Positions 40,746 through 51,339 of a stretch of 64,000 nucleotides of DNA are shown one piece after another. Every line of letters starts with the position of its first letter. Within the stretch, counting starts at the first letter, position 1. Both the position numbers and the translations under genes were made by a program. Where the stretch lies: NCBI GenBank assembly GCA_963842525.1, contig CAWJGT010000003.1, forward strand, positions 1,056,001 to 1,120,000. Direction: 5' to 3'. The DNA comes from an uncultured Holophagales bacterium (lineage in GTDB: Bacteria; Acidobacteriota; Thermoanaerobaculia; Multivoradales; UBA5704). The notes below the pieces were generated by a model, which saw only the letters and a list, made by a program, of their open reading frames with translations, was not told where the DNA came from and did not search any database.

Positions 40746-43736
40746 ATGGGGAGGCGGTCTCTGCGGGGGCTCGGGATTTTTGCCCTCCTGTCCTGGTTGG
40801 CTGGCATTGGAGCGATCCGGGCGGATGTGGTCCAGCCCCTGCCGTACGACCTTCTGTATGTACGGTCTCCCTATTTCGGCGCGGGGCCGGAGGCGCCCAA
40901 CAGCGTGTGGCCGGACACGGTCCGGCCTCTCACTCCTGATCCTGGCGCGCAGCTCGTTCTCCTCAAGCGGGACGGCACGCGGGAGGTTCTCTTTCCGTTC
41001 CAGCGCTACCGGTCCCGGATCGACACGCCGGCGGGGAAGCCGCTCTCGGCGGGCTCCGTCGCCGATCCCAATGTCTCCTTCGACGGCCGGTGGGTGCTCT
41101 TCACCTGGTATCACGACCTCACGAACGTCAATCCGCAGCGGGGGGACTGGCCCGGGCCGTACCTCTCGCTTGCGGGGGCCGACCTCTACAAGCTCGACCT
41201 GACGACTCGCGAGGTGGTCCGCCTCACGACCCAGGCGCTGACGCCGAACACCGGCAACGGCGCGCGCTTCACCCCGGGAGCGGCGGGGAGCAACTACCCG
41301 CGGATCGGGGTGTTCAACACCGGCGGCACCTGGGCGCCGGGCGGGCGGATCGTCTTCACGTCGAACCGCAACAATTTCTTGCCTCCCAAGGCCATGGGCG
41401 GCGGCCAGCGGGTGCTGCAGCTCTTTGCCATGGATGCCGACGGCGCGAATGTCGAGCAGATCGGCCATCTCAACCTGGCCATGGCGCTCCATCCCCAGGT
41501 GCTGCTCGACGGCCGCATCGCCTTCTCCAGTTGGGAGGAGCACGGCCTGCGCGATCCGCGCGAGTTCCCGCTCTGGGTGATCGGCCCGGACGGCCGCGAC
41601 TGGATGGGCCTCTCCGGATTTTCCGAGTCCTCGCTCGTCCATCACTTCATGACCCAGATGCCGGGCGGCGATCTCGTGGTGACCCGCTACTACAACTTCA
41701 ATAACAACGGCTTCGGCGACCTGGTCCGCTATCCGCTCGATCCGGCCGGACCGGACTTCGACAGCCCGGACGCCACGTTCAGCGACGGCACGGGCGGCAA
41801 GGTCCCGTTCCACCGCATCGGGCAGCTCCTCCTCACGCCGTTCACCACGCCCGACGACTTCCCGGCCCCCTGCCCGGGCTGGGAAGAGAACGCCTATGGC
41901 GCGTCCGGCACCGAGGGGCCCGCTCCCTGTGCCGGCACGGACCGGCGGGGGAAATTCACTCATCCGGCGGCGGCGCCGAGCGCTGTGGGGGACCCGGCGA
42001 AGGCCGACCTCCTGGCGGTCTATGCGCCCGGTCCGGCGAACCACAACGGCGCCTACGTCAATCTCGGGACGGCTTTCCCCCGGGTCCACGGCGAGATCGT
42101 CCTGCTGCCGGACGGCGCGCCGGTCCCGGTGCCGCCCGCGAGTCAGCCGGGCCGGCCGCCGGAGCTGGTTACGGTCCTCGCCGAGGACGGCTGGAACCTC
42201 CAGTGGCCGCGGCCGGTGGTGAGCTGGCGCCAGCTCTATGGAGTGAACGCCCCGGCGGCCTGGCCCGAGCTGTCCGACGCCCGCATCTGGGAGGAGCGGC
42301 TCACTCCGGGCGAGCCGTTCGGCCTGATCGGCAGCTCGTCGCTCCTGTGGCGCGACACGGCGCCGTCGCTGGGTCGCTATTGGGAGGACCGCGACCCCTT
42401 CAACACGGGCGACGAGGCGCCCTTCCGCTGGGTCCGGCAGGGAGGCGATGCCGGGGTCTATGACGATGACGACGTCTGGGCTGTGCGCATCCTGATGCAG
42501 GTGCCGGCCACCGACCGGAGCTATCCGAACAACGGCCGCAAGTTCCGGGTGACCGGCGGCGAGCGGATGCGGATCCTCGGCGAGGTCCCGGTGCGCAAGC
42601 CGGGGGCGGCGCGCCTCCTGCGGCCCGACGGCTCCTGGGAGGACGACACCAGCTTCCTCGCCCGCGTGCCCGCCGATACGTCGTTCACCTTCCAGACGCT
42701 CGACCGCCGCGGCATGGTGCTCAACATGGCCCAGACCTGGCACCAGGTCCGTCCCGGCGAGGCGCGCTACAACTGCGGCGGCTGCCATGCCCACAGCAAG
42801 GAGCCGCTCGGCTTCGAGGACACCGCGGCGGCGCGGCCGGACTACGTCATCCCCGACCTCGCCCGGAAGACGCCGCTCCTCACCCTGTCCGCAGCCGGCC
42901 AGCCGGGGGTGCGCACCGTCGCCTCCCACCAGGTCTCGATCGAATGGTTCCGCGACGTCGAGCCGATCCTCGAGAAGCGTTGCGCCTCCTGCCACGGCGG
43001 AGCGAGCCCGGCCGCCGGCCTGCCGCTCGCCCGCTCGGCCCCGCGGGTGGACCGGGACGGCGTCTCCTGGCCCGGCGCCTACTTCCGGCTGGTGCTCGAC
43101 ACCTTCGCCGAGCTTTCGACGGCGCCGCCGAACGGCCAGGAGCAGTGGTATCTGCCGCAGCTCACCCGCTATCTACGCGCCTTTCAGGCGCGGCAGAGCC
43201 TGTTGATGTGGAAGGTCTGGGGGGAGCGCCTCGACGGCCGGACCAATGAGGAGCGCGGCGACGACCTCGACCTCCTGCCGTCGTCCGCCCATCCCGCCGG
43301 AGCCGGCGTGCCGGGGATGACGCCCGAGGAGAAGCTGACCCTCGCCCGCTGGATCGACCTCGGCGCACCCATACACCTCGGTGCACCCTGGGGGTTCCTG
43401 GAGGACGACCTGCGGCCCACCCTGGTGCTGCGCCCCTTGGTCGCGCAGGCGCGGACGGCCGGCATCGACGCGCTGGAAATCGCGGCCTACGACGCCGAGA
43501 GCGGAGTCCTGCCCAAGAGCCTGACTGTCACCTGCAACCTCCGCCTGGGCTCCTTCGCGCCCGGCGCCAACCTGGCCGCGAACCGCGCGCTCGACCCCGA
43601 GGGCCAGGTCCTCCGCCTGGTCCTGCCGCGGCGGGTGAAACCCAAGGAACGGGCGGTCTTTATAGTGACGGTCCGAGATGCCGCCGGGCAGACGACGCGG
43701 ATCGTGCGGACGTTCGGGAAGCCCCCACCCCCCTGA
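40746..43736 (+). CDS. Large secreted HzsA-related beta-propeller protein with two c-type heme motifs
   Basis: Signal peptide, DPNVSFDG, IVFTSNR, SFLARVPADT.F.FQTLD..GM, CGGCH and CASCH. Confidence 0.8.
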   Translation: MGRRSLRGLGIFALLSWLAGIGAIRADVVQPLPYDLLYVRSPYFGAGPEAPNSVWPDTVRPLTPDPGAQLVLLKRDGTREVLFPFQRYRSRIDTPAGKPLSAGSVADPNVSFDGRWVLFTWYHDLTNVNPQRGDWPGPYLSLAGADLYKLDLTTREVVRLTTQALTPNTGNGARFTPGAAGSNYPRIGVFNTGGTWAPGGRIVFTSNRNNFLPPKAMGGGQRVLQLFAMDADGANVEQIGHLNLAMALHPQVLLDGRIAFSSWEEHGLRDPREFPLWVIGPDGRDWMGLSGFSESSLVHHFMTQMPGGDLVVTRYYNFNNNGFGDLVRYPLDPAGPDFDSPDATFSDGTGGKVPFHRIGQLLLTPFTTPDDFPAPCPGWEENAYGASGTEGPAPCAGTDRRGKFTHPAAAPSAVGDPAKADLLAVYAPGPANHNGAYVNLGTAFPRVHGEIVLLPDGAPVPVPPASQPGRPPELVTVLAEDGWNLQWPRPVVSWRQLYGVNAPAAWPELSDARIWEERLTPGEPFGLIGSSSLLWRDTAPSLGRYWEDRDPFNTGDEAPFRWVRQGGDAGVYDDDDVWAVRILMQVPATDRSYPNNGRKFRVTGGERMRILGEVPVRKPGAARLLRPDGSWEDDTSFLARVPADTSFTFQTLDRRGMVLNMAQTWHQVRPGEARYNCGGCHAHSKEPLGFEDTAAARPDYVIPDLARKTPLLTLSAAGQPGVRTVASHQVSIEWFRDVEPILEKRCASCHGGASPAAGLPLARSAPRVDRDGVSWPGAYFRLVLDTFAELSTAPPNGQEQWYLPQLTRYLRAFQARQSLLMWKVWGERLDGRTNEERGDDLDLLPSSAHPAGAGVPGMTPEEKLTLARWIDLGAPIHLGAPWGFLEDDLRPTLVLRPLVAQARTAGIDALEIAAYDAESGVLPKSLTVTCNLRLGSFAPGANLAANRALDPEGQVLRLVLPRRVKPKERAVFIVTVRDAAGQTTRIVRTFGKPPPP

Positions 43737-43741
43737 CCCCC

Positions 43742-43980
43742 TTCTTTTTGCCGCCGGCTGCGAGGCCTTCATCCCCCGCGACCAGCCGCGGGTACAGGAG
43801 GCGCCTGAGAGGCGCCTGCGGACACCCATCCGTCCGTTCCGTCATTTCGTCCGCGAGACGGTCGAAGGCTTCCGCTGGGTCTGGGAACGGACCGGGATGC
43901 GCGACTTCATGATCCTGGCGTCGCTGGTCAGCTTCCTGGGGATGCCGGTCGTCGTCCTCTTCCCGTTTGATGTCTCCTGA
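43742..43980 (+). pseudogene. MFS transporter remnant (central part)
   Basis: ETVEGFRWVWERTGMRDFMILASLVSFLGMPVVVLFP. Confidence 0.7.
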
Positions 43981-43986
43981 GCCTAA

Positions 43987-44015
43987 CCTAAACAAACGCC
44001 CTAAGCTCCGTGTCT
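43987..44015 (+). promoter_or_regulatory. Putative ECF-sigma promoter CCTAAAC-N15-CGTGTCT
   Basis: Same bipartite motif and spacing on the minus strand at 53590-53618. Confidence 0.65.
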
Positions 44016-44039
44016 CCCTCTCTAGGAGCGTGTGAGACC

Positions 44040-45407
44040 ATGGCAGAGGTTTCCTACGAGGACTTTTCCCTCTGGATCGAGCCGCGGCTGGAAGGCCAAG
44101 GCTATTGCGTGACGGCACGCTGTCGGGCTGGCGAAGGCTCGGCCTGTTTTGAGCTTCCCGCTGAGATGGGCTGCCTGTCAGGTGCACTGGCGGATCTTGC
44201 GGCACGGAGGAAGGCAAAGGGAGTGGGTTCCCTCTCCACGACGCGGCATCTTGAGGTCATCGATTCCCTGCCGCACCGCCCTCCTCTCAAAGCCCGGGAG
44301 GTGGGCGATCTCCTGTTTCGGGCGCTCTTCTCGGGGCAGGTTCGCCAGCTCTACGATCGGGTTTCCGGGATGTCCGGCGGACCGCGATGCGGCGTGCGAA
44401 TCAAGCTGTACTTTGATCCACGCCGCGCTGCCGAGCTCTGTAATCTTCCGTGGGAGCTCATCTACGCGGTGGATACCAAGGACTATCTCGGCCTCGATCG
44501 CCTCAGTCCTGTGGTGCGCTATCTGGAGCTGGCACGGCCCAATGCGGCGGTCCCCTTTGCTCCTCCTCTACGTGTCCTGCTCGCCGCTGCGAATCCGCCA
44601 GGGAGCGATCCCCTAAACCTCGAAGCGGAGGCCCGCCTGATCCGGCAGTCGCTGGCCAGCCCTTCGACCGAGATCACAGTGCTCCCTCGGGTCCACCTGG
44701 AAGAGTTGCGGGAAATGCTCGTCCGCGGCGCATTCCACGTCCTTCATTTCATGGGGCATGGCCTCTTCGATGAGCAGACGGGTGTTGGAAGCCTGCTCCT
44801 GGCATCAGCGGAGGGAGATGACGAGACTGTCGTCTCTGGCGAAGTTGTCGCCGAGCACCTGAAAGGTTGTCTGCCGCAGCTCGTGGTGGTCAACGCCTGC
44901 GACTCCGGCCGGGCGGCCTCCGACGGTGGGCACGACTTCTTCGCAGGGGTTGCTTCTTCCCTGGTGATGGCAGGCGTACCCGCGGTGGTGGCCATGCGCA
45001 CTCCGATTACGGACCGGGCCGCCATCGCTTTCAGCAAAGCACTCTACCGCGACCTTGCCGCCGGGGCTCCGGTCGACGCTGCCGTCGCCGAGGGGCGTCT
45101 CGCGATCTACCGCCTCGATTCATTCTCCTTCGAATGGGTTACCCCGGTGCTTTTCCTGCGGGTTCCCGACGGACGCCTCTTCGCAGCCTCCAAGGCGCGG
45201 GACGAAGCGCTACCCTCTCCGGGGCGCCGCTTCGAGATCGAGGACGAGCTCCGCATCGGGGCGGACAGCGACCTGCGTGGCAAAAATGTGGACATCGGGA
45301 TCCAACGCGGCCCCAGCCCGTCGGAACCTTCGCGGAGCTCCATCCAGATCGATGGACGCGTCACGGCCGACGGCAACCTGACCATCGTGAACCGCAAGTC
45401 CGGTTGA
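44040..45407 (+). CDS. CHAT-domain (caspase-clan) protease with short beta-rich C-terminal tail
   Basis: LPWELI, LHFMGHG (His), VVVNACDS (Cys), GVPAVVAM and W.TPVLF. Confidence 0.9.
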   Translation: MAEVSYEDFSLWIEPRLEGQGYCVTARCRAGEGSACFELPAEMGCLSGALADLAARRKAKGVGSLSTTRHLEVIDSLPHRPPLKAREVGDLLFRALFSGQVRQLYDRVSGMSGGPRCGVRIKLYFDPRRAAELCNLPWELIYAVDTKDYLGLDRLSPVVRYLELARPNAAVPFAPPLRVLLAAANPPGSDPLNLEAEARLIRQSLASPSTEITVLPRVHLEELREMLVRGAFHVLHFMGHGLFDEQTGVGSLLLASAEGDDETVVSGEVVAEHLKGCLPQLVVVNACDSGRAASDGGHDFFAGVASSLVMAGVPAVVAMRTPITDRAAIAFSKALYRDLAAGAPVDAAVAEGRLAIYRLDSFSFEWVTPVLFLRVPDGRLFAASKARDEALPSPGRRFEIEDELRIGADSDLRGKNVDIGIQRGPSPSEPSRSSIQIDGRVTADGNLTIVNRKSG

Positions 45408-45437
45408 GCCTGAAAGCCCGGGAAGGAAGAGCTGCGG

Positions 45438-46619
45438 ATGGCCAATCTGACGGAACAAGAAAAACTCGTCCGCCGTCTCCCCGAGCCGGCCCCGCACCCC
45501 GACCACTACCTCCTGGTCTTCAAGAAGTCAGGAAAAGAGTGGCGGCTGCGGATTTCTCTCGGCCCGGGAGAGCCGTACAAGAAACCGTTCCTCGACTCTC
45601 CCGAATGCCTCGTTGCCTACGTCGTCCCCAGCGATCCACATCTGCGATATCGTTTCGATCGCACCTACAAGACCCACGACCAGCTCCATACCTTCAAGCT
45701 CCAACTCATCCTGGAGTACCGCGTCTCCGATCCCGCCAGCCTCGTCCAGAAGCTTGAGCTGGATCCGTTGCAGCGTGTTGTCGAAGAGACCGACTCGTTC
45801 CTCCAGCAGAGAATCAAGTCCCTCGACTGGTCGGCCGTCGAGCTCGAGCGGATCGATCTCGAGCGGGTCCTTTTTCTCGACCATGTTGCGGATGGATACG
45901 GGACAGTCTCGGGTTTCGCGAAGCTCCATCGTTTCGCCGACCAGCGCGGACTGGGTATCCAGCGCATCGCTGTCATGCGCGAGCTTCCGGAGGATGAGAT
46001 CCAGGTCTCCGCCACCGCGCTGAGGAGCACTCGCGAGCAGCAAACCGCGGTGCTGGAGCACGGGACGCGGGCTCTCCAGCAGAGCCTCGACCTTGAGATC
46101 GAGGACCGGAAGAACGCTTTCGATCGCCGCAACGAGGTCGCTGGCGGAATCACGCAGAACATCGTCCGCGCCTTCGATCAGGCGACGGACAACATCCGCA
46201 GCCTCGATGACATCCAGCGAGCCGTGCCCAAGATGGCTGCCATCCAGGGTGCTATCACGGGTGTGGCCGCGGGTGCTCTCCCCGTCATCACGGCGGCCGG
46301 GGTCTTGCCCGGCATGCAGGCCGTCCCTCTCCTTTCCTCCTCTTCGGGAGGTCCTCTGACGGTGTTTCTTGAGGAGGTGGCGGGCGCTCTGGGAAGCCTG
46401 GCGTGCGATCCCCTGGAGCGCCAGGAGATCCTCTCGTTCGGCCTCCACATCATTGCGGAGGCCCTGCGGGGGAAGGACGCCAGAGCGGATGTTTTGAATA
46501 CCTATGTCGATGCCGTCGCCGGGAAGTTCTCCCATCTGCTCCCGGTGCTCAACCAGGACCAGGTGAAGCTCCTCCGCCGATTGCAGGATACAGAGACCTT
46601 GAAGAAGGAACTGGGCTGA
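45438..46619 (+). CDS. SPFH/band-7-like + coiled-coil protein without TM anchor
   Basis: FKLQLILEYRVSDPASLV, then GLGIQRIAV and a helical region. Confidence 0.55.
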   Translation: MANLTEQEKLVRRLPEPAPHPDHYLLVFKKSGKEWRLRISLGPGEPYKKPFLDSPECLVAYVVPSDPHLRYRFDRTYKTHDQLHTFKLQLILEYRVSDPASLVQKLELDPLQRVVEETDSFLQQRIKSLDWSAVELERIDLERVLFLDHVADGYGTVSGFAKLHRFADQRGLGIQRIAVMRELPEDEIQVSATALRSTREQQTAVLEHGTRALQQSLDLEIEDRKNAFDRRNEVAGGITQNIVRAFDQATDNIRSLDDIQRAVPKMAAIQGAITGVAAGALPVITAAGVLPGMQAVPLLSSSSGGPLTVFLEEVAGALGSLACDPLERQEILSFGLHIIAEALRGKDARADVLNTYVDAVAGKFSHLLPVLNQDQVKLLRRLQDTETLKKELG

Positions 46620-46626
46620 GGAGGCC

Positions 46627-49116
46627 ATGAAAACCGCAGAGAATCCGGCTCCCCCAGGGAACGGAGCCCCCGGGGTGACCCCGGTGCCCGGATCCGAGAG
46701 CACGCCTGTAGTGCCCAACCCTGCGCCCTCCACCACGTCGGGAAGCTCAAGACGAGCCTAAGAAGTCGGAGGACCAGGAGTTCCTCCAGAACCTTGGCAT
46801 CAGTGGCGCCGTCCGTGGCGAGAAGGTCACCATCGCCAACGAGGTCCACTATCATCAGCTCTCCGATGAGGGGCGGATTCAGAAACTCTCCCTGAAGCGG
46901 CACTTCGAGATCTGGAGCGAGGAGCGGCTCCGTGATGAGAAAGTCAGGCTCCATTTCAATCCCGACGAGGTGAACACGCTGGCTTTCAAGCTACTCGAAA
47001 GCCGAATCCTGATCCTTACCGGGGAGCCCGAGACTGGCAAAACGAGCTTGGCCCTCCTCATCGCCTCTGGCCTGTGGTCGGGATCACCAGGAGAGCCTCC
47101 CCGGGATGCCGCCCTCTGCCGTTATCTGCCCGGAACCTTGCGCGTCGATCTCGCCGAGCTTGCCGGCCGGGAGAAGGAGTTCCACCAGCGCATCTTGATC
47201 CTCAAGAATGCATTCGCGAGCAACAACGAAGACCTTCTGCGTTTCGTGACTCAACTCTCGGACTCCGAGCTCGCGACCCACGTCGGGCAACTGCGCGAGA
47301 GCCGATCTTTCCTTCTACTCACGGCCGATCAGTCCACTCTGCCGGGATCGCTGGAGAGACTCAGGAGCCTCGGGATTCTGGCGGATGCGCCGAAGCCGGC
47401 TCCCGAGGATCTGTCCGAGGGGCTCCGATGGCTCGTCCAGCGTTTGACCAGCGAGCAGAAGCTCCCCGCGGCCGATCCGGTCACGGAAAAGATGGATTGC
47501 CTGATCGCCGAGGAAGGAAAGCGCTTGACGCAAGCGCTCGGCTCGATGCCTCGCTTGGCGCGCTTCGTTCGGGAGTACCTCGTGGCGGTTGCCTCCGGAG
47601 CAATCTCTTTGGAGGACGCGCTGAAGCACACCACCGAGCTCGGCCCCTGGCTGCTTGAGGAACTCCCCAGCGAGCCCGAGGTCTGGTGCGCCACAGTGGC
47701 ACTCGCGCTCTGCGCGGCGGATCGGAGTTCGCGGGATATCCCCTGGTTCAAGTTCGATGTCCTGCAGCGCGCTCTTTTCCGTTTCCTCCGCCGCGAGCTG
47801 CAGCCGGATCTGCGTAGGCGCGAGATCCGCGACCTGTGCCGGAGTGAGCTGGTCCTGAAGCGTGCGCGAGCGGAGATTGTCACAATTCCCTTCCCCGACC
47901 CCGATGTGGTCCGCTTTCTTGACGACCGCTATCCGGACCGGCTGTGGCAGGCTCTCCTCGGTCCGGGCAAGGGTGTGGCGGCCGGCTTGGTCCCACTCCT
48001 CCGCAAGCTCGCGGCGGACGAAGATGCCTATCTGCGTCAGTGCGCGGCCCAGGCCCTGGGGAGGATCGGTCAGATCGACCCGTTCTACATCACCTATCCC
48101 TTGATTGAGGAATGGTCGCGGGAGACCGAGGAGAGCCGACGCAACGCCCTGGACCAGGGCACTCTTCTTGGAAACCTCTTCCAGGGGATCTGGAGCGCTC
48201 AGGAGGATATCCGCTACCAGCAGGGATGTTTCCAGATCCTTCGTTGGAGCGCGCGCAACGGAAGACCCAGGACCATCCAGAACGTCCTCTTCAGCCTGCA
48301 TCAGATCGCCACGCTCGACCGCGGTTGCTTCGCGCTCGCGATGGACATCTTGAAGGAGGTCGCCGAGAAGAGGCTGACGGTGCGGTGGAAGGCTCTACAT
48401 GGCGTCACGGAAAAATTCCGTACGAGGGAAGAGCTCGCTCGCCTGGTCGAGTATGTATTCGAGGCTCGCGGCGGGGTCGAGGACGTCTTGAAGAAGGCGG
48501 AGCAGGCCCTGCAGACGATCGCGATCACCGAGCCCGGGATCCTCGAGGCCCTCCGCTTCACCCTCGTGAGGCTGCTCCTCTGGCCGCGGTATCAGGGCGA
48601 GACCCTGCGACAGATCCTCGACTGGGTCCATACGAAGCCTGAGCATTTCGGACCGTTGGTGGCTTTCCTCTTCCTCGGCAGGGACGGGATCGGTTACTGG
48701 CTGGAACGGACGGCCTCACTCGGCCGGGGTCTGGAGAACGGTAGCGAGGAAGAGGGCAGCCTGCTGCTGGAGGCGATGTGCAGCGACAAGGATTTCGCAC
48801 AGATCCTCGGCGCTGTCGTGGAGGCGATCTATATCCACCACAGGTCTTTCCCTGGGCTGCTTCGTGAGGCCCTTGAACGGAGCTTCATGAGCCTACTCGC
48901 CAGTTGGGCGCGAGAGGCGCGATCGATCGAGCGGTTGCATGCCGCTGTGACGGCTCTCGTATCCCGCCTCTATGCATCGCACGACGAAGAAGCTGCAGTG
49001 CGCGGATGCTCCGCTTGGCCCAGGAGCCTGCACCCTCTCCGGAGCTCGCGGACCTGCGCGTCCTCGCCGTCGAAGCCATCACCGGCCGCCGCAGCTCGCG
49101 CGGGATGATGGTCTGA
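46627..49116 (+). CDS. STAND-like P-loop NTPase with HEAT/ARM-like C-terminus (indels near 46740 and 48990-48997)
   Basis: RBS GGAGG, ILILTGEPETGKT Walker A, degenerate Walker B (ILILKNAF), LRQCAAQALGRIG repeat; reading frame reconstructed across the indels. Confidence 0.7.
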
Positions 49117-49121
49117 TCAGG

Positions 49122-49151
49122 GCGGGCCGCCGGTTCCACCCGGCGACCCGC
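49122..49151. terminator. GC hairpin between the convergent operons
   Basis: GCGGGCCGCCGG...CCGGCGACCCGC. Confidence 0.5.
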
Positions 49152-49187
49152 GGATCTGTGTCAGGGAATCGAAAGGGGGGCTTCCTG

Positions 49188-49965
49188 CTACCGGTGCTCC
49201 AGGGCGATCTCCAGGACGATGGGACGGCCTGACGTGTTGACCCCGTAGGTCCCAACCTCTCCCACCGTCCTCGTCTCCGTCTCGATGACGAGATCCTTAC
49301 TGCCCTGAACGTGCTGGACATTCTGTACGAGGCTTTTCGTCTCCCCTTCATTGAGGCTCGGCCGCAGAGGGAAGCGGTCGAGCTCCTCGCGATTGCGGGC
49401 AAACAGGACGATCAGACGCTCTGTCCCAGGCTTGTCGTCGAAGCGGAACCAGGCTGAGTCCTGTGGCAGGACCTTGTCCTGATCGGCCGCCAGCCGTCCG
49501 TCCGTTAGCCCCTTCTCGGGGTCCGGAAAGAGAACCTGGGCGGTACCTGAGGAGCCCAACTGAATGAGTGCGATGTTGCCGTCCGAGTTGCTACGGAAGT
49601 GGAGCCGGATTCTCTCTCCGGAGTGGAACACGTGGCGCTCCGTCACCTGCTGGCCGGGCCCGCCAGAAGGTCCTTGCAACTCGATCCAGTAACTGAGCCC
49701 CAAGGCTGTCTGGGTGGCCCGGGTTTCTGGGGTCGGAGGCAGGCTCACGGTGCGACGGCCGTTCCTGTCGCGCCTGCCAAGGGGCCGGACCGGCTGAGGC
49801 CGAGCCGACGGCGGCGGCGCCTGGGTACCAGGCGAGACGCGCGTCGCCCCTGCCCCCACGGGATCATAGAACAATTCCTTGGCTCCCTGGACAGGCTCTT
49901 GGGCTGCGAGAGCTGCCCATCCAGGCTAGCCCGAGAAAAATGGCGCTGATCATCATGCGAATCAT
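49188..49965 (-). CDS. Secreted DUF4384-domain protein (frameshift near 49917)
   Basis: RBS GAGGAGG, signal peptide, GAKELFYD, FHSGERIRL, VLFP and FRFDDKPGTERL. Confidence 0.8.
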
Positions 49966-49982
49966 CGTTATTTCCTCCTCGC

Positions 49983-51324
49983 TCACCGGCGCGAGCCGGA
50001 TTTTTTCGGGGTTGTCGATTTCTTGGCTGTTGAGGTCTTCTTTCCACTCGCGATCTCCTGGATCCGCTGGATGATCTTTTTGTCGACCTTCGCTGCGGCC
50101 AACTCGATCAGCCCCTGAGGCGAGACGTTCGAACTGGTGACGGGGCGCCGCAGAGATCGCGTTCAGGATGATGTCGAAATCAAGGCCGGCCTGGCTCATG
50201 CTGATCACGGCGGCGTTGTCCATGGCTTCACCGCCCCCGCCGCCGGACTCCAGGGACTTGGCGTCTTCGACTGCCTTGGAGGCGAGGAGGGTCTCGTAGT
50301 TGTCCCGGAAGTCCTTGAGGCGTCGGTAGCTGACGAGGGCAGACTGCACCCGCTGGAGAGGAGGTGGGATTTGCCGGTCGGTTTTGAAGAGGTTGCCCAC
50401 AATGCTCTCGTATTCCTGGGAGAAATACTTCTCCCCCGGGTTTGCCTCAATGGCCTTGCCGTAATAGACGGAGGCCTGTTCCAGGTACTTGAGCGTCACT
50501 TCTGCCTCGTCGGCGGCGTAGCCGAGCGCTTCGTAAGCCGTTCCCAAGGCGTACTGCCGGTAGGAATCGTCGACCGGTTTCGGGCTTGGCGACCGCTTTT
50601 CCAGGGCTTCCAGATAGAGGTTCCACTGCCCGACCTCCGCAAGGTTTCCCAGCTCTTCCAGGCTCCCCTTGGGGACGAGCACGTGGATTGTCTCCCGGGT
50701 GGGCGTAATACGCTGTGCGATGCGGTCTACGGCTTGATTGATCGCGGAGCTTTCAAGGCTGAAGATCTCGGGAGCGTCGTTTCCTTCCCGGAAGTCCTTG
50801 CTGAAGGGGATCTGGATAGAATCCGCATCGAGGCTCGCCTTCTTCACCAAGTCGGTCACCTTGTAGGATGTGGCGAAGGAGTGCGACACGATCTTGTAGC
50901 GAACGTTCACCCGGTACGTCTCGTAAATGGGCTTCCCCTTCGAATCTTTGCCTACCTTGCGGCTTGCGAGCTCTTCACGGGTTTCCCATTTCTCACTTGC
51001 CTCGTTTTGGAGGATGCTCACCTCCACGAGCGTCTCGGGGCGGTTCGGCTCGGCGGCCAGGCGGCTGTCGCGGCTGATCAACTCGCTTTCGAGTTGGCTC
51101 TGCAGGCGCTGGGCCACGCTACTGTCGCCCGATTTTGCGCTGGTCGCCTTCACCTGGATCTTGGTCCGCATGAGGAAGACCGCCGGCGGGCTCACGCGTG
51201 TCACGGCGGCGGCCTTCTTGGTCATGAGCCCGAATCCTTCTTTTGCTCCCACGGGCAGCGCCGTGAAGAGCGCGGCTAGCATCAGGAAGGCACAGCGGGC
51301 CGGCCATGTTCGTTTCTGTTTCAT
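49983..51324 (-). CDS. Secreted alpha/beta + TPR-like protein with C-terminal MDNAAVISM...FDVSPQGLI domain (frameshift near 50130)
   Basis: Signal peptide, YALGTAYEA and YYGKAIEANP; corrected frame ends KKSGSRR*. Confidence 0.7.
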
Positions 51325-51339
51325 GATGTTCTCCTCTTT

